Of a stretch of 64,000 nucleotides of DNA, positions 18,503 to 29,033 are shown one piece after another (position 1 is the stretch's first letter; every line of letters begins with the position of its first letter). The stretch lies in assembly GCA_016721625.1 (NCBI GenBank), contig JADKHR010000001.1:2611807-2675806 (forward strand), read 5' to 3'. Source of the stretch: Elusimicrobiota bacterium. GTDB lineage: Bacteria > Elusimicrobiota > Elusimicrobia > FEN-1173. The notes under the pieces were generated by a model, which ran no database searches, was not told where the DNA came from, and saw only the letters and a list, made by a program, of their open reading frames with translations. Made by a program: the position numbers and the translations under genes.

Positions 18503-19989
18503 AGCCCCTGGGATCGTTGCTGGACGGAGTTCCCGCCCCGTGGCAGGCCCTGCCCATTTCCGGCATCGCCGTGGATTCCCGCGCCGTCAAACCGGGGAAT
18601 CTTTTCGTCGCGGTCAAAGGGGCCCACCACGATGGCCATCGGTTTGCGGAAGAGGTGGCCCTCTCCGGCGCCGCGGCCATCCTGGCGGAACAGCCCCTTT
18701 CGGCGTCGATCCCCGTCGTGCGCGTTCCTTCAACGGGAGCCGCCCTTTCGGAACTGGCGGCCCGATTCTACGACCACCCCTCCCGTTCCATGGATGTGGT
18801 GGGCATCACGGGAACCAACGGAAAGACCACGATCACCTATTTGTTGGAGAGCATCTGGCGAACGGAAGGGACGGCCGGGGGCGTCCTGGGCACCGTGGAT
18901 TATCGCTGGCCGAACCATATGGAAAAGGCGGTGAACACCACGCCCCACGCCCTGGACGTTCAACGCCTGCTGGCGGCCATGCGGTCCGACGGAGTCACGC
19001 GGGCCGCCATGGAGGTGTCCAGCCACGCGCTGTCGCTGGGCCGGGTGGAGGACGTGGTCTTCGCGGTGGGCCTCTTCACCAATCTCACCCAAGACCATTT
19101 GGATTTCCATGGGGACATGGAAGGCTATTTTCGGGCCAAGGCCCGGCTGTTCGAGCTTCTCGCCCGTTCGCCCCGTCCTCCGCGAAGAGCCGTGGTGAAC
19201 CTGGACGATTCCTGGGCAAAGCGGTTTCTCGAAACCGTTCGGACTCCCGTTTGGACGTACGGCGTGGAGGGAACCGCCGATTTTCGCGCTGAGGGACTGA
19301 CCCTGTCGGGGGAGGGGTCGCGGTTCCGGGCGGTGACCCCCCGGGGCACGCGGGAAATGCATCTGGCTCTGGTCGGCCGACACAATGTCTACAACGCGCT
19401 CGGCGCCTTGGCGGCCGCCGCGGCTCTCGGAACGGAGCTCGATACGGCGGCTCGCGGCCTGGAGGCCCTGGCGGGCGTTCCCGGTCGGCTGGAACGGGTG
19501 ACCGAGCATCCGGCCGGATCGCGGAATCCGTCGGAAATTCCTTTTGGGGTCTTCGTGGACTACGCCCACACGGATGACGCTCTGCGGAACGTCCTCGAAA
19601 CCCTGCGTCCCCTCACCCGGGGGCGGATCATCGTTCTTTTCGGATGCGGCGGCGATCGGGACCGCACCAAGCGACCGAAAATGGGCGAGAGGGCGGCTCG
19701 GTTAGCCGACCACGTGATCGTGACGTCGGACAATCCTCGTTCCGAGGATCCCCAGACCATCGCCCGGGAGGTGGAAGTCGGGGTCCGCCGGGTTTCCGGC
19801 CGGTCCTACGACGTGGTGGTGGAACGGGGCGAGGCCATCGAGAGAGCTCTTTCATTGGCAAAAGAGGGGGACGTGGTTCTCCTGGCGGGTAAAGGCCACG
19901 AAACCGTTCAGATTTTTGGGGACCGGAGCGTGTCGTTCGATGACCGCGCCATGGCGCGGCGCCTTTTGGCGGGCCGCGCGGGGCGCTGA
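18499..19989 (+). CDS. murE: UDP-N-acetylmuramoyl-L-alanyl-D-glutamate--2,6-diaminopimelate ligase
   Basis: GTG at 18499 overlapping the ftsI stop (GTGA); Mur ligase motifs GITGTNGKTT, DYAHTDDAL, …CGGDRDRTKRP (MurE DNPR-type region DNPRSEDP); listed ORF 17938..19989 is a stop-free upstream extension of the same frame. Confidence 0.9.
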   Translation: MKPLGSLLDGVPAPWQALPISGIAVDSRAVKPGNLFVAVKGAHHDGHRFAEEVALSGAAAILAEQPLSASIPVVRVPSTGAALSELAARFYDHPSRSMDVVGITGTNGKTTITYLLESIWRTEGTAGGVLGTVDYRWPNHMEKAVNTTPHALDVQRLLAAMRSDGVTRAAMEVSSHALSLGRVEDVVFAVGLFTNLTQDHLDFHGDMEGYFRAKARLFELLARSPRPPRRAVVNLDDSWAKRFLETVRTPVWTYGVEGTADFRAEGLTLSGEGSRFRAVTPRGTREMHLALVGRHNVYNALGALAAAAALGTELDTAARGLEALAGVPGRLERVTEHPAGSRNPSEIPFGVFVDYAHTDDALRNVLETLRPLTRGRIIVLFGCGGDRDRTKRPKMGERAARLADHVIVTSDNPRSEDPQTIAREVEVGVRRVSGRSYDVVVERGEAIERALSLAKEGDVVLLAGKGHETVQIFGDRSVSFDDRAMARRLLAGRAGR

Positions 19990-19992
19990 CCG

Positions 19993-21405
19993 ATGCTGAC
20001 CTATTCCTGGTCGCAGTTGGCGGTCTTATGCGGGGGACGTCTGGCGGGGGCGGGCGCGGAAAACCCGCGCCGGGTGGTGATCGATTCCCGGGCCGTTCAG
20101 CCGGGGGACCTCTTCGTTGCGCTCCAGGGCGAGCGGCGGGACGGCCATGAATTTCTGAAGGACGTCGCCGCCGCCGGCGCGGCCGGCGCCCTGGTGAGCC
20201 GCGAGGTCGGAGATTTGCCGGCCACCTTCGGCCAAATCAGGGTGGAGGAAACCTTGGCCGGTTTTCAACGTTTGGCCCGGGCCCATCGGGAAAAAATGAA
20301 TGTCCGCGTGGTCGGGATCACGGGCTCCAACGGGAAGACGACGACCAAGGAGATGCTGGCGCATCTTTTTCGGGAGAGCGGGCGGACGGTTTTGGCCACC
20401 CGGGGCAACCTGAACAGTCAGGTGGGCCTGCCCTTGATGCTCTTGGAGTTGGATTCCTCCCACAGCCACGCGGTTTTTGAAATGGGCGCGTCGGGCCCGG
20501 GCGACCTCGCCCGTTTGGCGGAATTGGCGCGGCCCCACATCGGCGTGGTCACGGGCATCGGGAAGGCCCATCTGGAAACTTTCGGTTCCTTGGACGGCGT
20601 TCTGGCGGCCAAGTGGGAACTGGTGGAAGGATTGGGCAAGGACGGAATCGCCTTTTTGAACGCCGACGATCCGCGCCTCCTCTCCCGCCGAGCCACGGCC
20701 CAGTGTCCCGTCGTCACTTTCGGGCGGTCGGCCCAGGCCGATGTCCGGGCCGAAAACCTCCGAGTGGATCCGAACACGGCCTTCGACCTGACCGTGGGGG
20801 GCGCGCGGGTCCCGGTCCATTTGCCCGTGACGGGCCTCTTCAATGTCACGAACGCTCTCGCCGCGGCCGCGGTGGCTCTCTGGGAACGGATCCTTCTCCC
20901 GGAGGTGGCGCGCGGACTGGGCGGTTTTGCTCCGCCGGCCCAGCGGATGCAGATGCGGCGCCGCATCGACGGGTCTCTGTTCTTGATCGACGCCTACAAT
21001 GCCAACCCCGACTCCATGGCGGCGAGCCTGGCCAGTTTCGCCCAGGCCTTCCCACATTGGCCCCGGGTGGCGGTTTTGGGTAGCATGCTGGAACTGGGCG
21101 CCTCGGCGGAACCGGAACATCGGGAATTGGGCCGAACGCTCGCGGGCTCCCGTTTAGATAAAATCCTTTTCGTCGGTCCGGAGGGGCCTTGGGTGCGAGA
21201 GGGGTATGAGGCGGCGGGGGGAAAAGGGTTTTTCAAGGCGGGGGAAGATCGCGAAGAGATCCGGCGAGAACTTTCCAAAGTCATCACCCCCGACTCGGTG
21301 GTCCTGTTTAAAGCGTCGCGGGGGGTTCGTCTGGAAGACATCTATGAGCCGTTCTTGGTTCCGGGAGAGGGTGGAATTCAACCCGGTAGGGTTCATGGCG
21401 GCTGA
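19993..21405 (+). CDS. murF: UDP-N-acetylmuramoyl-tripeptide--D-alanyl-D-alanine ligase
   Basis: 470-aa ORF with GITGSNGKTTTKEM P-loop and Mur ligase middle/C-terminal domains, positioned after murE. Confidence 0.9.
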   Translation: MLTYSWSQLAVLCGGRLAGAGAENPRRVVIDSRAVQPGDLFVALQGERRDGHEFLKDVAAAGAAGALVSREVGDLPATFGQIRVEETLAGFQRLARAHREKMNVRVVGITGSNGKTTTKEMLAHLFRESGRTVLATRGNLNSQVGLPLMLLELDSSHSHAVFEMGASGPGDLARLAELARPHIGVVTGIGKAHLETFGSLDGVLAAKWELVEGLGKDGIAFLNADDPRLLSRRATAQCPVVTFGRSAQADVRAENLRVDPNTAFDLTVGGARVPVHLPVTGLFNVTNALAAAAVALWERILLPEVARGLGGFAPPAQRMQMRRRIDGSLFLIDAYNANPDSMAASLASFAQAFPHWPRVAVLGSMLELGASAEPEHRELGRTLAGSRLDKILFVGPEGPWVREGYEAAGGKGFFKAGEDREEIRRELSKVITPDSVVLFKASRGVRLEDIYEPFLVPGEGGIQPGRVHGG

Positions 21406-21436
21406 GTTTCGAAGTCGGTCTATTTAAGGAGGTCGC

Positions 21437-22525
21437 ATGCTCTATTTTCTTTCCACCTGGCGGGACCTCTACTCCCCGCTAAACGTTTTTCAATACATAA
21501 CCTTCCGGTCCGGCGGAGCTTTCCTGACGGCCCTGGGGTTGTGTCTTCTGTTCGGGGGCCCGCTGATCGGTTATCTCCGACGGTTGAAGATGGAGCAGTT
21601 CATTCGGGAATACGGGCCCCAGTCCCACCTCAAGAAAGCGGGAACGCCGACCATGGGCGGTCTCCTGATCCTGGGGGCCATCCTCGTGGCCACTCTCCTC
21701 TGGGCACGGCCGGACAACCGTTTCGTCCTCCTCGTCTTGGCCAGTCTCCTCTACCTGGGGGTGATCGGGTTCATTGATGACTACCGTAAATGGTTAAGCA
21801 AACATCCCGCCGGCGGGCTTTCGGAAAACGTCAAGATGGCCTCCCAGGTGTTGCTGGGCCTCGCCATCGGGTGCTATTTTTATTTCGATCCCCCGAACGG
21901 GGCTTTCGCCCAGAGGATTTCCATCCCCTATCTGAAAGGCGTTTCGATTAACCTCGGCGGTCTCTCCGTGGCGCTCTCTCTCATGGTCCTGGTGGGATCG
22001 TCGAACGCCGTCAACCTGACCGACGGATTGGACGGACTGGCGCCCGGCACCCTGCTCGTGAGCGCCCTGTCGTTCAGTCTGTTTTCCTATTTGGCGGGCA
22101 ACGCCAAATTGGCGGACTATTTGAGGTTGGTTCATGTGCCCGGCGCGGGAGAACTGACCGTGTTTCTGGCGGCCATGGGCGGGGCCTGTCTGGGGTTCCT
22201 TTGGTTCAACGCCCCGCCGGCCGAAGTGTTCATGGGGGACACGGGGTCGCTTCCGCTTGGGGGAGCGTTGGGGGTGGTCGCGCTGAGCGTGAAACAGGAA
22301 CTCCTCTTGGTGATCATCGGTGGAATCTTTGTCCTGGAGGCCCTTTCCGTTTTGCTTCAAGTGGGATCGGTTCGGTTGCGGAAAGGGCGGCGGATTTTTC
22401 GCATGGCGCCCTTGCATCACCATTTCGAAGTCGGGGGGATGCCCGAAACCAAAGTCACGATTCGCTTCTGGATCGTGGCCATGGTTCTGTCGTTGGTGGC
22501 CCTCACGTCGTTAAAGATCCGATAA
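21437..22525 (+). CDS. mraY: phospho-N-acetylmuramoyl-pentapeptide transferase
   Basis: 362-aa polytopic membrane protein; MraY motifs …KAGTPTMGG…, NAVNLTDGLDGLA, …HHHFE…. Confidence 0.95.
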   Translation: MLYFLSTWRDLYSPLNVFQYITFRSGGAFLTALGLCLLFGGPLIGYLRRLKMEQFIREYGPQSHLKKAGTPTMGGLLILGAILVATLLWARPDNRFVLLVLASLLYLGVIGFIDDYRKWLSKHPAGGLSENVKMASQVLLGLAIGCYFYFDPPNGAFAQRISIPYLKGVSINLGGLSVALSLMVLVGSSNAVNLTDGLDGLAPGTLLVSALSFSLFSYLAGNAKLADYLRLVHVPGAGELTVFLAAMGGACLGFLWFNAPPAEVFMGDTGSLPLGGALGVVALSVKQELLLVIIGGIFVLEALSVLLQVGSVRLRKGRRIFRMAPLHHHFEVGGMPETKVTIRFWIVAMVLSLVALTSLKIR

Positions 22526-22526
22526 C

Positions 22527-23890
22527 GTGTTTCCGCTGACCCAACATCCTCTCCTCCGCGGTTGGTGGGCGGGTCGGCGCGTCCTCATCCTGGGCCTCGG
22601 AAAATCGGGGTTGGCCGCCGCTTCCCTCCTGTCCAAATTGGGTTCCCGCGTGGCCGTGTCGGAAAAAAAATCGGAGACGGAAAGCCGGGCGTGGATCCGG
22701 GATTTGCCCCCCGGGGTGGAAATTGAAACCGGGGCCCATGGGTTTCTGAACCGGTCCTGGGATCTGGTGGTCGTCAGCCCGGGGTTCCCTCGTCGGTCTG
22801 GTCGTCGGCGCGCCAAAGGGGCCTCACGGTTTGGGGGGAAATGGAACTGGGATATCGGGTCTTGTCTCTGGCGGGCCGATGGCCGGCGTGGTCCGCCGCC
22901 GTCACGGGGACCAACGGAAAGACGACGACCACGGCGTTGTTGGGGGCGATCTTTCGCGCTTCCGGCCGTTCGACGGTGGTGGCGGGGAACATCGGCACGC
23001 CCCTTTGCGCCGTAGCCGAGCGACTGACGGAGGCGAGCGCCCTGGCGCTGGAGGTTTCCAGCTACCAGTTGGAAACGGCCGAGGCGTTTCGGCCGGCCGT
23101 CGGCACCGTTCTGAACGTGACGCCGGACCATTTGGCCCGTCATGGAACCCTCGAAGCCTACGCCCGGGCCAAGTTCCGACTTTTTCAATCCCAGGGGCCC
23201 CGCGACATGGCCGTCCTGAACGCCGGCGACCGTTGGTGTCGGCTCCTCTCCTCGTCGGCTCCGGGACAGGTGGTTTGGTTTGGGGAGAAACGTCCGGGGC
23301 CGGGTTTGGAATGGGACGGCCATTACCTGCGTGGACTTTCCGGCCGGTGGGCGGCCCCACGGCACCTTCCCGGGCGGCACAACATCGACAACGCGTTGGC
23401 GGCCGTGGCCTGCGCGCGAGCGTTGGGTGTTCCCACGGACGCCATCGCTCAGGGTTTGGCCCGATTCCGCGGCGTCGAGCATCGGCTGGAAATCGTCCGC
23501 ACCTGGAGGGGAATCCGTTTCGTGAACGATTCCAAAGCCACCAATGTGGATTCCACCCGGGTCGCGCTGGAAGCTCTTTCCGGTCCCCTCACCGTGATCC
23601 TGGGCGGAGAGGACAAGGGCGCGCCCTACGGTCCGCTGATCCCACTGCTCCGAAAAAAGGCCCGCGAAGTCCTTTTGATCGGAGAAGCCTCCTCCGTGAT
23701 TGAGCGCCAGCTGGGTGGGAGCGCGCCTTTGGTCCGTTGCGGAACGCTCGACCGGGCCCTGTCCCACGTCGCGCGGACGGCTCGTTCGGGAGAAGACGTC
23801 CTCCTCTCGCCGGCCTGCGCCTCCTTTGATCAATTTGATAACTTCGAACATCGCGGGCGGCGGTTCAAAGAGCTCGTGGCCGCCCTCTGA
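22527..23890 (+). CDS. murD: UDP-N-acetylmuramoylalanine--D-glutamate ligase; reading frame interrupted near 22779-22795 (cccgggg run)
   Basis: N-terminus (…VLILGLGKSGLAAASLL…VVVSPG) is in the frame of ORF 22527..23015; the conserved continuation …VWSSARQRGLTVWGEMELGYRVL…AVTGTNGKTTTTALLG… is in the frame of ORF 22841..23890; an essential gene, so the break is probably an assembly indel. Confidence 0.75.
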
Positions 23891-25029
23891 TGGCTTCCCT
23901 CGATAAAACCCGGCGGCCTCCCGACCTGGGCCTTTTGCTTATCACGGCCACTCTGGTGGTGTTCGGCTGGCTCGTGCTCTATTCCGCCAGCGCGCTCGTG
24001 GCCGAGAGCCGTTTCGGGGACCAATATTATTTTTTAAAGCGACAGGTCCTGTGGAGCGTCTTGGGGGCGGTGGCGCTGGGGGTCTCCATGCGGTTCCCGC
24101 TTCGCTGGGTTCAAGCGGGAGCCCGGCCGCTCTTGGTGGGGACGGTGATCCTTCTCGTCTTGGTCTTGCTCGCCGGGCACGAAGTGGGCGGCGCCAAACG
24201 CTGGCTCCGCATCGGAGGTTTTGGGTTCCAACCGTCGGAAATCGCCAAGCTTGCGGTCATCCTCGCCTTGGCGGACTACCTGGACCGCAAGCAGAGCCGC
24301 CTGAGCCGGTTTTTGGGAGGATACGTTCCCGCCCTCCTGGTGACGGGCGTGGTCCTCGGTCTTATCGTTCTGGAACGCGATCTCGGGACGCCTCTGCTCA
24401 TCGGCTCCGTGGCCTTGGGCATGATTTTTCTCGCGGGGGCGCGTCCGGCCCACCTGGCCGCCACCGCGCTGGCCGCCCTCCCCGTCCTTTACGGGGCCGT
24501 TTTCCACGTGGCCTATCGTCGCCAGCGTCTCTTGGCCTTCATGGATCCCTGGAAGAACGCCCAGGGGACCGGCTATCAATTGGTCCAATCTCTCCTGGCG
24601 ATCGGGTCCGGGGGAGTGTGGGGTAAAGGCGTGGGGGAATCCACCATCAAGATGTACTATATGCCGGAGTCCCAAACCGATTTCATCTTTCCGATCTTTG
24701 GGGAAGAATTCGGTTTCGTCGGCACGTCGCTCCTGACGGCGGGCTACTTCTACTTGAGCTTTGCCTGTTTTCGAATCGCTTTTCGCGCGGTGCATTGGTT
24801 CCATGCGCTTCTGGCCGGGGGGGTGGGCCTGATGTTGGGGGGACAGGTGCTGGTCAATTTGGGCGTCGTGACCGGGCTCCTCCCGACCAAGGGGATTCCG
24901 CTCCCGTTTCTTTCCTTCGGCGGTTCCTCGGCCTTGGTCCTTCTGACGGCCATCGGCCTGGTCTTGAACGTTTCCCGCCAGTGCGGGACGCCGGTGATCC
25001 TGGCGGGCCCGTCCCGACGGAGAGCCTGA
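23890..25029 (+). CDS. ftsW: peptidoglycan glycosyltransferase FtsW (SEDS family)
   Basis: 379-aa 10-TM SEDS protein located between murD and murG. Confidence 0.9.
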   Translation: MASLDKTRRPPDLGLLLITATLVVFGWLVLYSASALVAESRFGDQYYFLKRQVLWSVLGAVALGVSMRFPLRWVQAGARPLLVGTVILLVLVLLAGHEVGGAKRWLRIGGFGFQPSEIAKLAVILALADYLDRKQSRLSRFLGGYVPALLVTGVVLGLIVLERDLGTPLLIGSVALGMIFLAGARPAHLAATALAALPVLYGAVFHVAYRRQRLLAFMDPWKNAQGTGYQLVQSLLAIGSGGVWGKGVGESTIKMYYMPESQTDFIFPIFGEEFGFVGTSLLTAGYFYLSFACFRIAFRAVHWFHALLAGGVGLMLGGQVLVNLGVVTGLLPTKGIPLPFLSFGGSSALVLLTAIGLVLNVSRQCGTPVILAGPSRRRA

Positions 25030-25037
25030 CTTTTTCC

Positions 25038-26132
25038 ATGCGCGTTCTGATCGCGGCGGGGGGAACGGGGGGCCATCTTTTGCCGGGATTGGCGGTGGCC
25101 AAGGCGCTTCGCGAGCGGAATCACCGGGTTCATTTTGTCGTCAAGAAAGACCGGGATTCCCAGTCCTTCCTGGCCCGGGAGGGTTTTCCTTCCTCGGCCT
25201 TCCACTTCGAGGGCTTTCCGCGGACTTTGTCGCCGCGGGCGGCTCTTTTCCCTTTCGCGGCCGGGGCGGCTTTGCTGGCGGCGCGCCGGATCGTGAGGCG
25301 GGAGGCGCCGGACGTTTTTCTCGGAATGGGAGGGTATCTTTCCGTTCCGGCGGGCCTCGCGGCGGTTCTCCGCCGAGTGCCCATGGTCCTGCATGAGCAG
25401 AACACCCACGCAGGACTGGCCAATCGATTCCTTTCCCGTTGGGCGCGGACCGTCGGTCTCAGTTTCGATCCGACCACGGGCCTCTCCCCTCGCGTCGGCC
25501 GCACGGTTTGGACGGGCCTTCCTCTCCGCCCCGACTTGGAGCCGCGGGACCCGGCGGAGGCCCGCCGCTCTTTGGGGCTGGATCCCAACGCTTTTACCCT
25601 GCTCGTGTTCGGGGGAAGCCAGGGCGCCCGGGCTTTGAACGCGGGAATTCTGGACGCCATCCCCCGACTGGCCCGGGAGCGGCCCGATTGGCAGTTCATC
25701 CATCTCACGGGGGCCGCCGACGAAGAGAAAGCCCGAACGGTGTACGCGGGGACTTCGCGGAGGGCCTTCGTTCGCGCCTATTTTGCCGATATGGCGGCGG
25801 CCTATTCGGCGGCGGATTTCGTTGTGGCGAGGGCGGGGGCCAACACCGTCATGGAGCTTTCTCTGATGGGTCGGGCCGCCCTTCTGGTCCCGTTCCCCCA
25901 CGCCACGGACGATCACCAGCGGTCCAACGCCCGTTTCCTTGAAAAAACGGGCCAAGCCCGCGTTCTTTTGGAGAGGGAGATGGACGTGGGAAAATTGACG
26001 GAACTTTTAGGGTCTTTGCCGGAGCGGGAAATCCTTCGTCGTGAAACAAAAGAGCGGTTGTCCCGCGTTCCTCCGGAAATGCGGACGGCCGCCGGGCGAT
26101 TGGCCGATTGGGTGGTGGAGGGGGGAGAATGA
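25038..26132 (+). CDS. murG: undecaprenyldiphospho-muramoylpentapeptide beta-N-acetylglucosaminyltransferase
   Basis: MRVLIAAGGTGGHLLPGLAVAKAL (MurG G-loop) from ATG 25038; listed ORF 24795..26132 is an upstream stop-free extension; C-terminal GT-B fold motifs. Confidence 0.9.
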   Translation: MRVLIAAGGTGGHLLPGLAVAKALRERNHRVHFVVKKDRDSQSFLAREGFPSSAFHFEGFPRTLSPRAALFPFAAGAALLAARRIVRREAPDVFLGMGGYLSVPAGLAAVLRRVPMVLHEQNTHAGLANRFLSRWARTVGLSFDPTTGLSPRVGRTVWTGLPLRPDLEPRDPAEARRSLGLDPNAFTLLVFGGSQGARALNAGILDAIPRLARERPDWQFIHLTGAADEEKARTVYAGTSRRAFVRAYFADMAAAYSAADFVVARAGANTVMELSLMGRAALLVPFPHATDDHQRSNARFLEKTGQARVLLEREMDVGKLTELLGSLPEREILRRETKERLSRVPPEMRTAAGRLADWVVEGGE

Positions 26133-26893
26133 AACGAGCTCAAAAAAATATTCTGGTGGTAAACGATGACGGGATTTACGGCGAGGGCCTGAAACCCCTG
26201 GCCAAGGCCCTGGGGGTCCTGGGGCGGGTGACGATCGTGGTTCCGGAACGGGAACGATCCGCGGCCAGCCATGCCATCACTCTGCACAAACCGATCCGGG
26301 TTCGGAAGCTGGAAGAAAACCTCTACATCATGAACGGAACCCCCGCGGACTGCACGCGGTTCGGGGTCATCGCGATGTTGAAGGAACGGGCGGACCTGGT
26401 GGTCTCCGGCATCAACCACGGGGCCAACCTGGGGGCGGACACCATGTATTCCGGAACCGTGGGCGCCGCCAAGGAAGCCTGCATGCTGGGCATCCCCGCG
26501 CTGGCGGTGTCGGTCGCGACGAAGGAAGAAAATCCTCACTTCGCCACCGCCACCCGGTTCAGCGTTTTTTTGGCTCGGCAGTTGTTGGCTCGTTCCATCC
26601 CGAAGAACACCTGCCTGAACGTGAACGTGCCCAACCGATCCTGGGGAAATATCCAGGGGGTCGCCGTCACCACCTTGGGGAAGCGAATTTATGGCCGGGC
26701 CCTGTCCCCCCGGGTGGACCCGCGGGGGCTGACCTATTACTGGATGGCCGGGGCCGTGCCCCGGGGGGTCGGCGAACCCGGTTCCGACATCGCCGCCATC
26801 GAGGAAGGGAAAATCTCCGTCACGCCCCTCAAACTCTATTTGACCGATGAGGTCTTTCTTCCGGACCTCCGACGATGGAAATGGCCGAAGTGA
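26129..26893 (+). CDS. surE: 5'/3'-nucleotidase SurE
   Basis: MKRAQKNILVVNDDGIYGEGLKPLAKAL… (SurE N-terminal DDG motif); ATG 26129 overlaps murG stop (ATGA) and is preceded by GGAGGGGGGAG. Confidence 0.9.
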   Translation: MKRAQKNILVVNDDGIYGEGLKPLAKALGVLGRVTIVVPERERSAASHAITLHKPIRVRKLEENLYIMNGTPADCTRFGVIAMLKERADLVVSGINHGANLGADTMYSGTVGAAKEACMLGIPALAVSVATKEENPHFATATRFSVFLARQLLARSIPKNTCLNVNVPNRSWGNIQGVAVTTLGKRIYGRALSPRVDPRGLTYYWMAGAVPRGVGEPGSDIAAIEEGKISVTPLKLYLTDEVFLPDLRRWKWPK

Positions 26894-26908
26894 TCGGGCG
26901 TTTCCCCC

Positions 26909-28926
26909 GTGGACCGTTTCGAAATCGTTTCCAGTTTTAAACCCGCCGGGGACCAGCCCGACGCGATTCGCCAGCTGACCGAGGGCCTGAGGGCGGGCCT
27001 GCCGCACCAGGTCCTCCTGGGCGTCACGGGGAGCGGGAAGACCTTCACTGCGGCCAACGTCATCGCCCAGGTCAACCGCCCGACCCTGGTCATCTCTCCC
27101 AACAAAATATTGGCCGCCCAGCTCTACTCGGAGCTGAAGGCCTTCTTCCCCAAAAACGCCGTGGAATACTTCATCTCCTACTACGATTACTACCAGCCGG
27201 AGGCCTACGTCCCCTCGAGCGACACCTACATCGAGAAGGACTCGTCCATCAACGACGAGATCGACCGTTTGCGGTTAAAGGCCACCTCCTCGCTCCTCGA
27301 ACGGCGGGACGTGGTGGTGGTGGCCTCGGTGTCGTGCATCTACGGGTTGGGGAGCCCCCGCGAGTACAAAGAAATGTGCGTTTCCCTGGAGCGGGGCGCG
27401 CCCAAAAACCGGGAAGACCTCCTTCGCGAACTGGTCGACATCCAATACGAGAGGAACGAAATCTCATTCGTTCGGGGGAAATTTCGGGTCAAAGGCGACG
27501 TCGTCGATATTTTTCCCGCTTACCTTGAAACGGCTCTCCGGGTCGAACTGGACGGCGATCGGGTCTCCCGTTTGAGGGAGATCGATCCCCTCACGGGACG
27601 CACGATCCAGGAAAAGGACCGAACGTTCATTTACCCCGCCAAACATTTCGTGACGACGTCCGATATCATTGAACGCGCGCTCGGGGACATTCGAGCCGAA
27701 CTCGCCGAGCGTCTGGGGGTCCTCCGGGGCCAGAATAAATTGTTGGAAGCCCAACGCCTGGAACAGCGAACGCGTTTCGACATGGAAATGATGAAAGAGC
27801 TGGGGTTTTGCCACGGCATCGAAAACTATTCCCGCCATTTGTCCGGCCGCCCGGCGGGGGAACGCCCGGCTTGCCTCTTCGATTATTTCCCGAAAGATTT
27901 TTTGTTGGTCGTGGACGAATCCCACGTCACCGTGCCGCAGATCGGCGGGATGTTCGAGGGCGACCGTTCCCGGAAACAGACCTTGGCCGACTACGGGTTC
28001 CGTCTCCCCTCCGCGCTGGACAACCGGCCGCTGAAGTTTCCCGAGTTCGAGGCGCTGGTTCCCCAGGCGATTTATGTGTCCGCCACCCCGGCCCCTACGA
28101 GTTGGGCAAGACCGGGGGGGCGGTGGTGGAACAGGTGATTCGGCCCACGGGTCTGGTGGATCCCGAGGTGGTGCTCCGTCCTTCCCTGGGCCAGGTGGAG
28201 GACCTGGTGGCGCGGATCCAGGAGCGCGTGGGAAACCAAGAGCGGGCGTTAGTGACCACGCTCACCAAAAAAATGGCGGAGGACCTGGCGACGTATTTGG
28301 GCGGCCGGGGACTTCGGGTCCGTTACCTCCATTCAGACATCGAAACGCTTAAACGGGTGGAAATCTTAAAGGATCTGCGGAAGGGGACTTTTGATGTTCT
28401 CGTCGGGATCAACCTCTTACGGGAAGGTCTCGACCTCCCGGAGGTCTCGCTCGTGGCGGTTTTGGACGCCGACAAGGAGGGTTTCCTGCGTTCGGAGACG
28501 ACGCTCATTCAAGTCTGCGGCCGGGCGGCCCGGAACGTCCATGGCCAAGTGGTATTTTATGCCGACCGGGTGACGGGATCCATGCGCCGGGCCATGGACG
28601 AAATGGACCGCCGGCGAAAAAAGCAGGAGGAGTTCAATCGCCGCCACCATGTGACGCCTAAAACCATCCTCTCGGCCATACACGATCTGGAGGAATTCCA
28701 GCTGAAGGCCAAGGTCGAAGGGCTCCCTCTGCTCTTTCGCGAGGCCGGGGAGCGTTATTTGTCCGGGAAAGACCTGCCGGGCCTCGTCCGGAGTCTCGAA
28801 ACCCAAATGAAAGAAGCTGCCGACGCCTTGGATTTCGAACTGGCCGCTTTATTTCGGGACAAGCTCTTGGAAATCAAGGACATGCGTTCCGGAATTCAGA
28901 CCCCGGGGAAGAAAAAGAAAAGGTGA
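26909..28926 (+). CDS. uvrB: excinuclease ABC subunit B; reading frame interrupted near 28085-28100 (ccccggcccc run)
   Basis: ORF 26909..28138 carries the UvrB N-terminal half (GVTGSGKTF Walker A, DESH box) and ends …[16 protein letters not shown]…; the expected …[28 protein letters not shown]… and helicase C-terminal half plus UvrB/UvrC interaction tail continue in the frame of ORF 27808..28926. Confidence 0.8.
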
Positions 28927-28952
28927 TCGGTTGTCGCCCTTCCGTAAGGAGG

Positions 28953-28991
28953 GGGAGGTTCCTCCCTCACCCTCCCCTTGGGAAGGGGAGG
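28953..28991. repeat. two tandem GC-rich hairpins (GGGAGG-TT-CCTCCC and CCTCCCCTT-GGG-AAGGGGAGG) in the convergent uvrB / HD-GYP intergenic; member of the CCCCTCCTT…AAGGAGGGG palindrome family
   Basis: perfect 6-bp and 9-bp stems read directly from the sequence; followed by attcaaaaaaatc; likely bidirectional terminator. Confidence 0.5.
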
Positions 28992-29033
28992 GGATTCAAA
29001 AAAATCAGGCGAAACCGGATTGTTGGGAGGGGG

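Noticed and set aside
22511-23851. 446-aa - strand ORF
   Set aside because: Antisense to murD; GC-rich shadow ORF.
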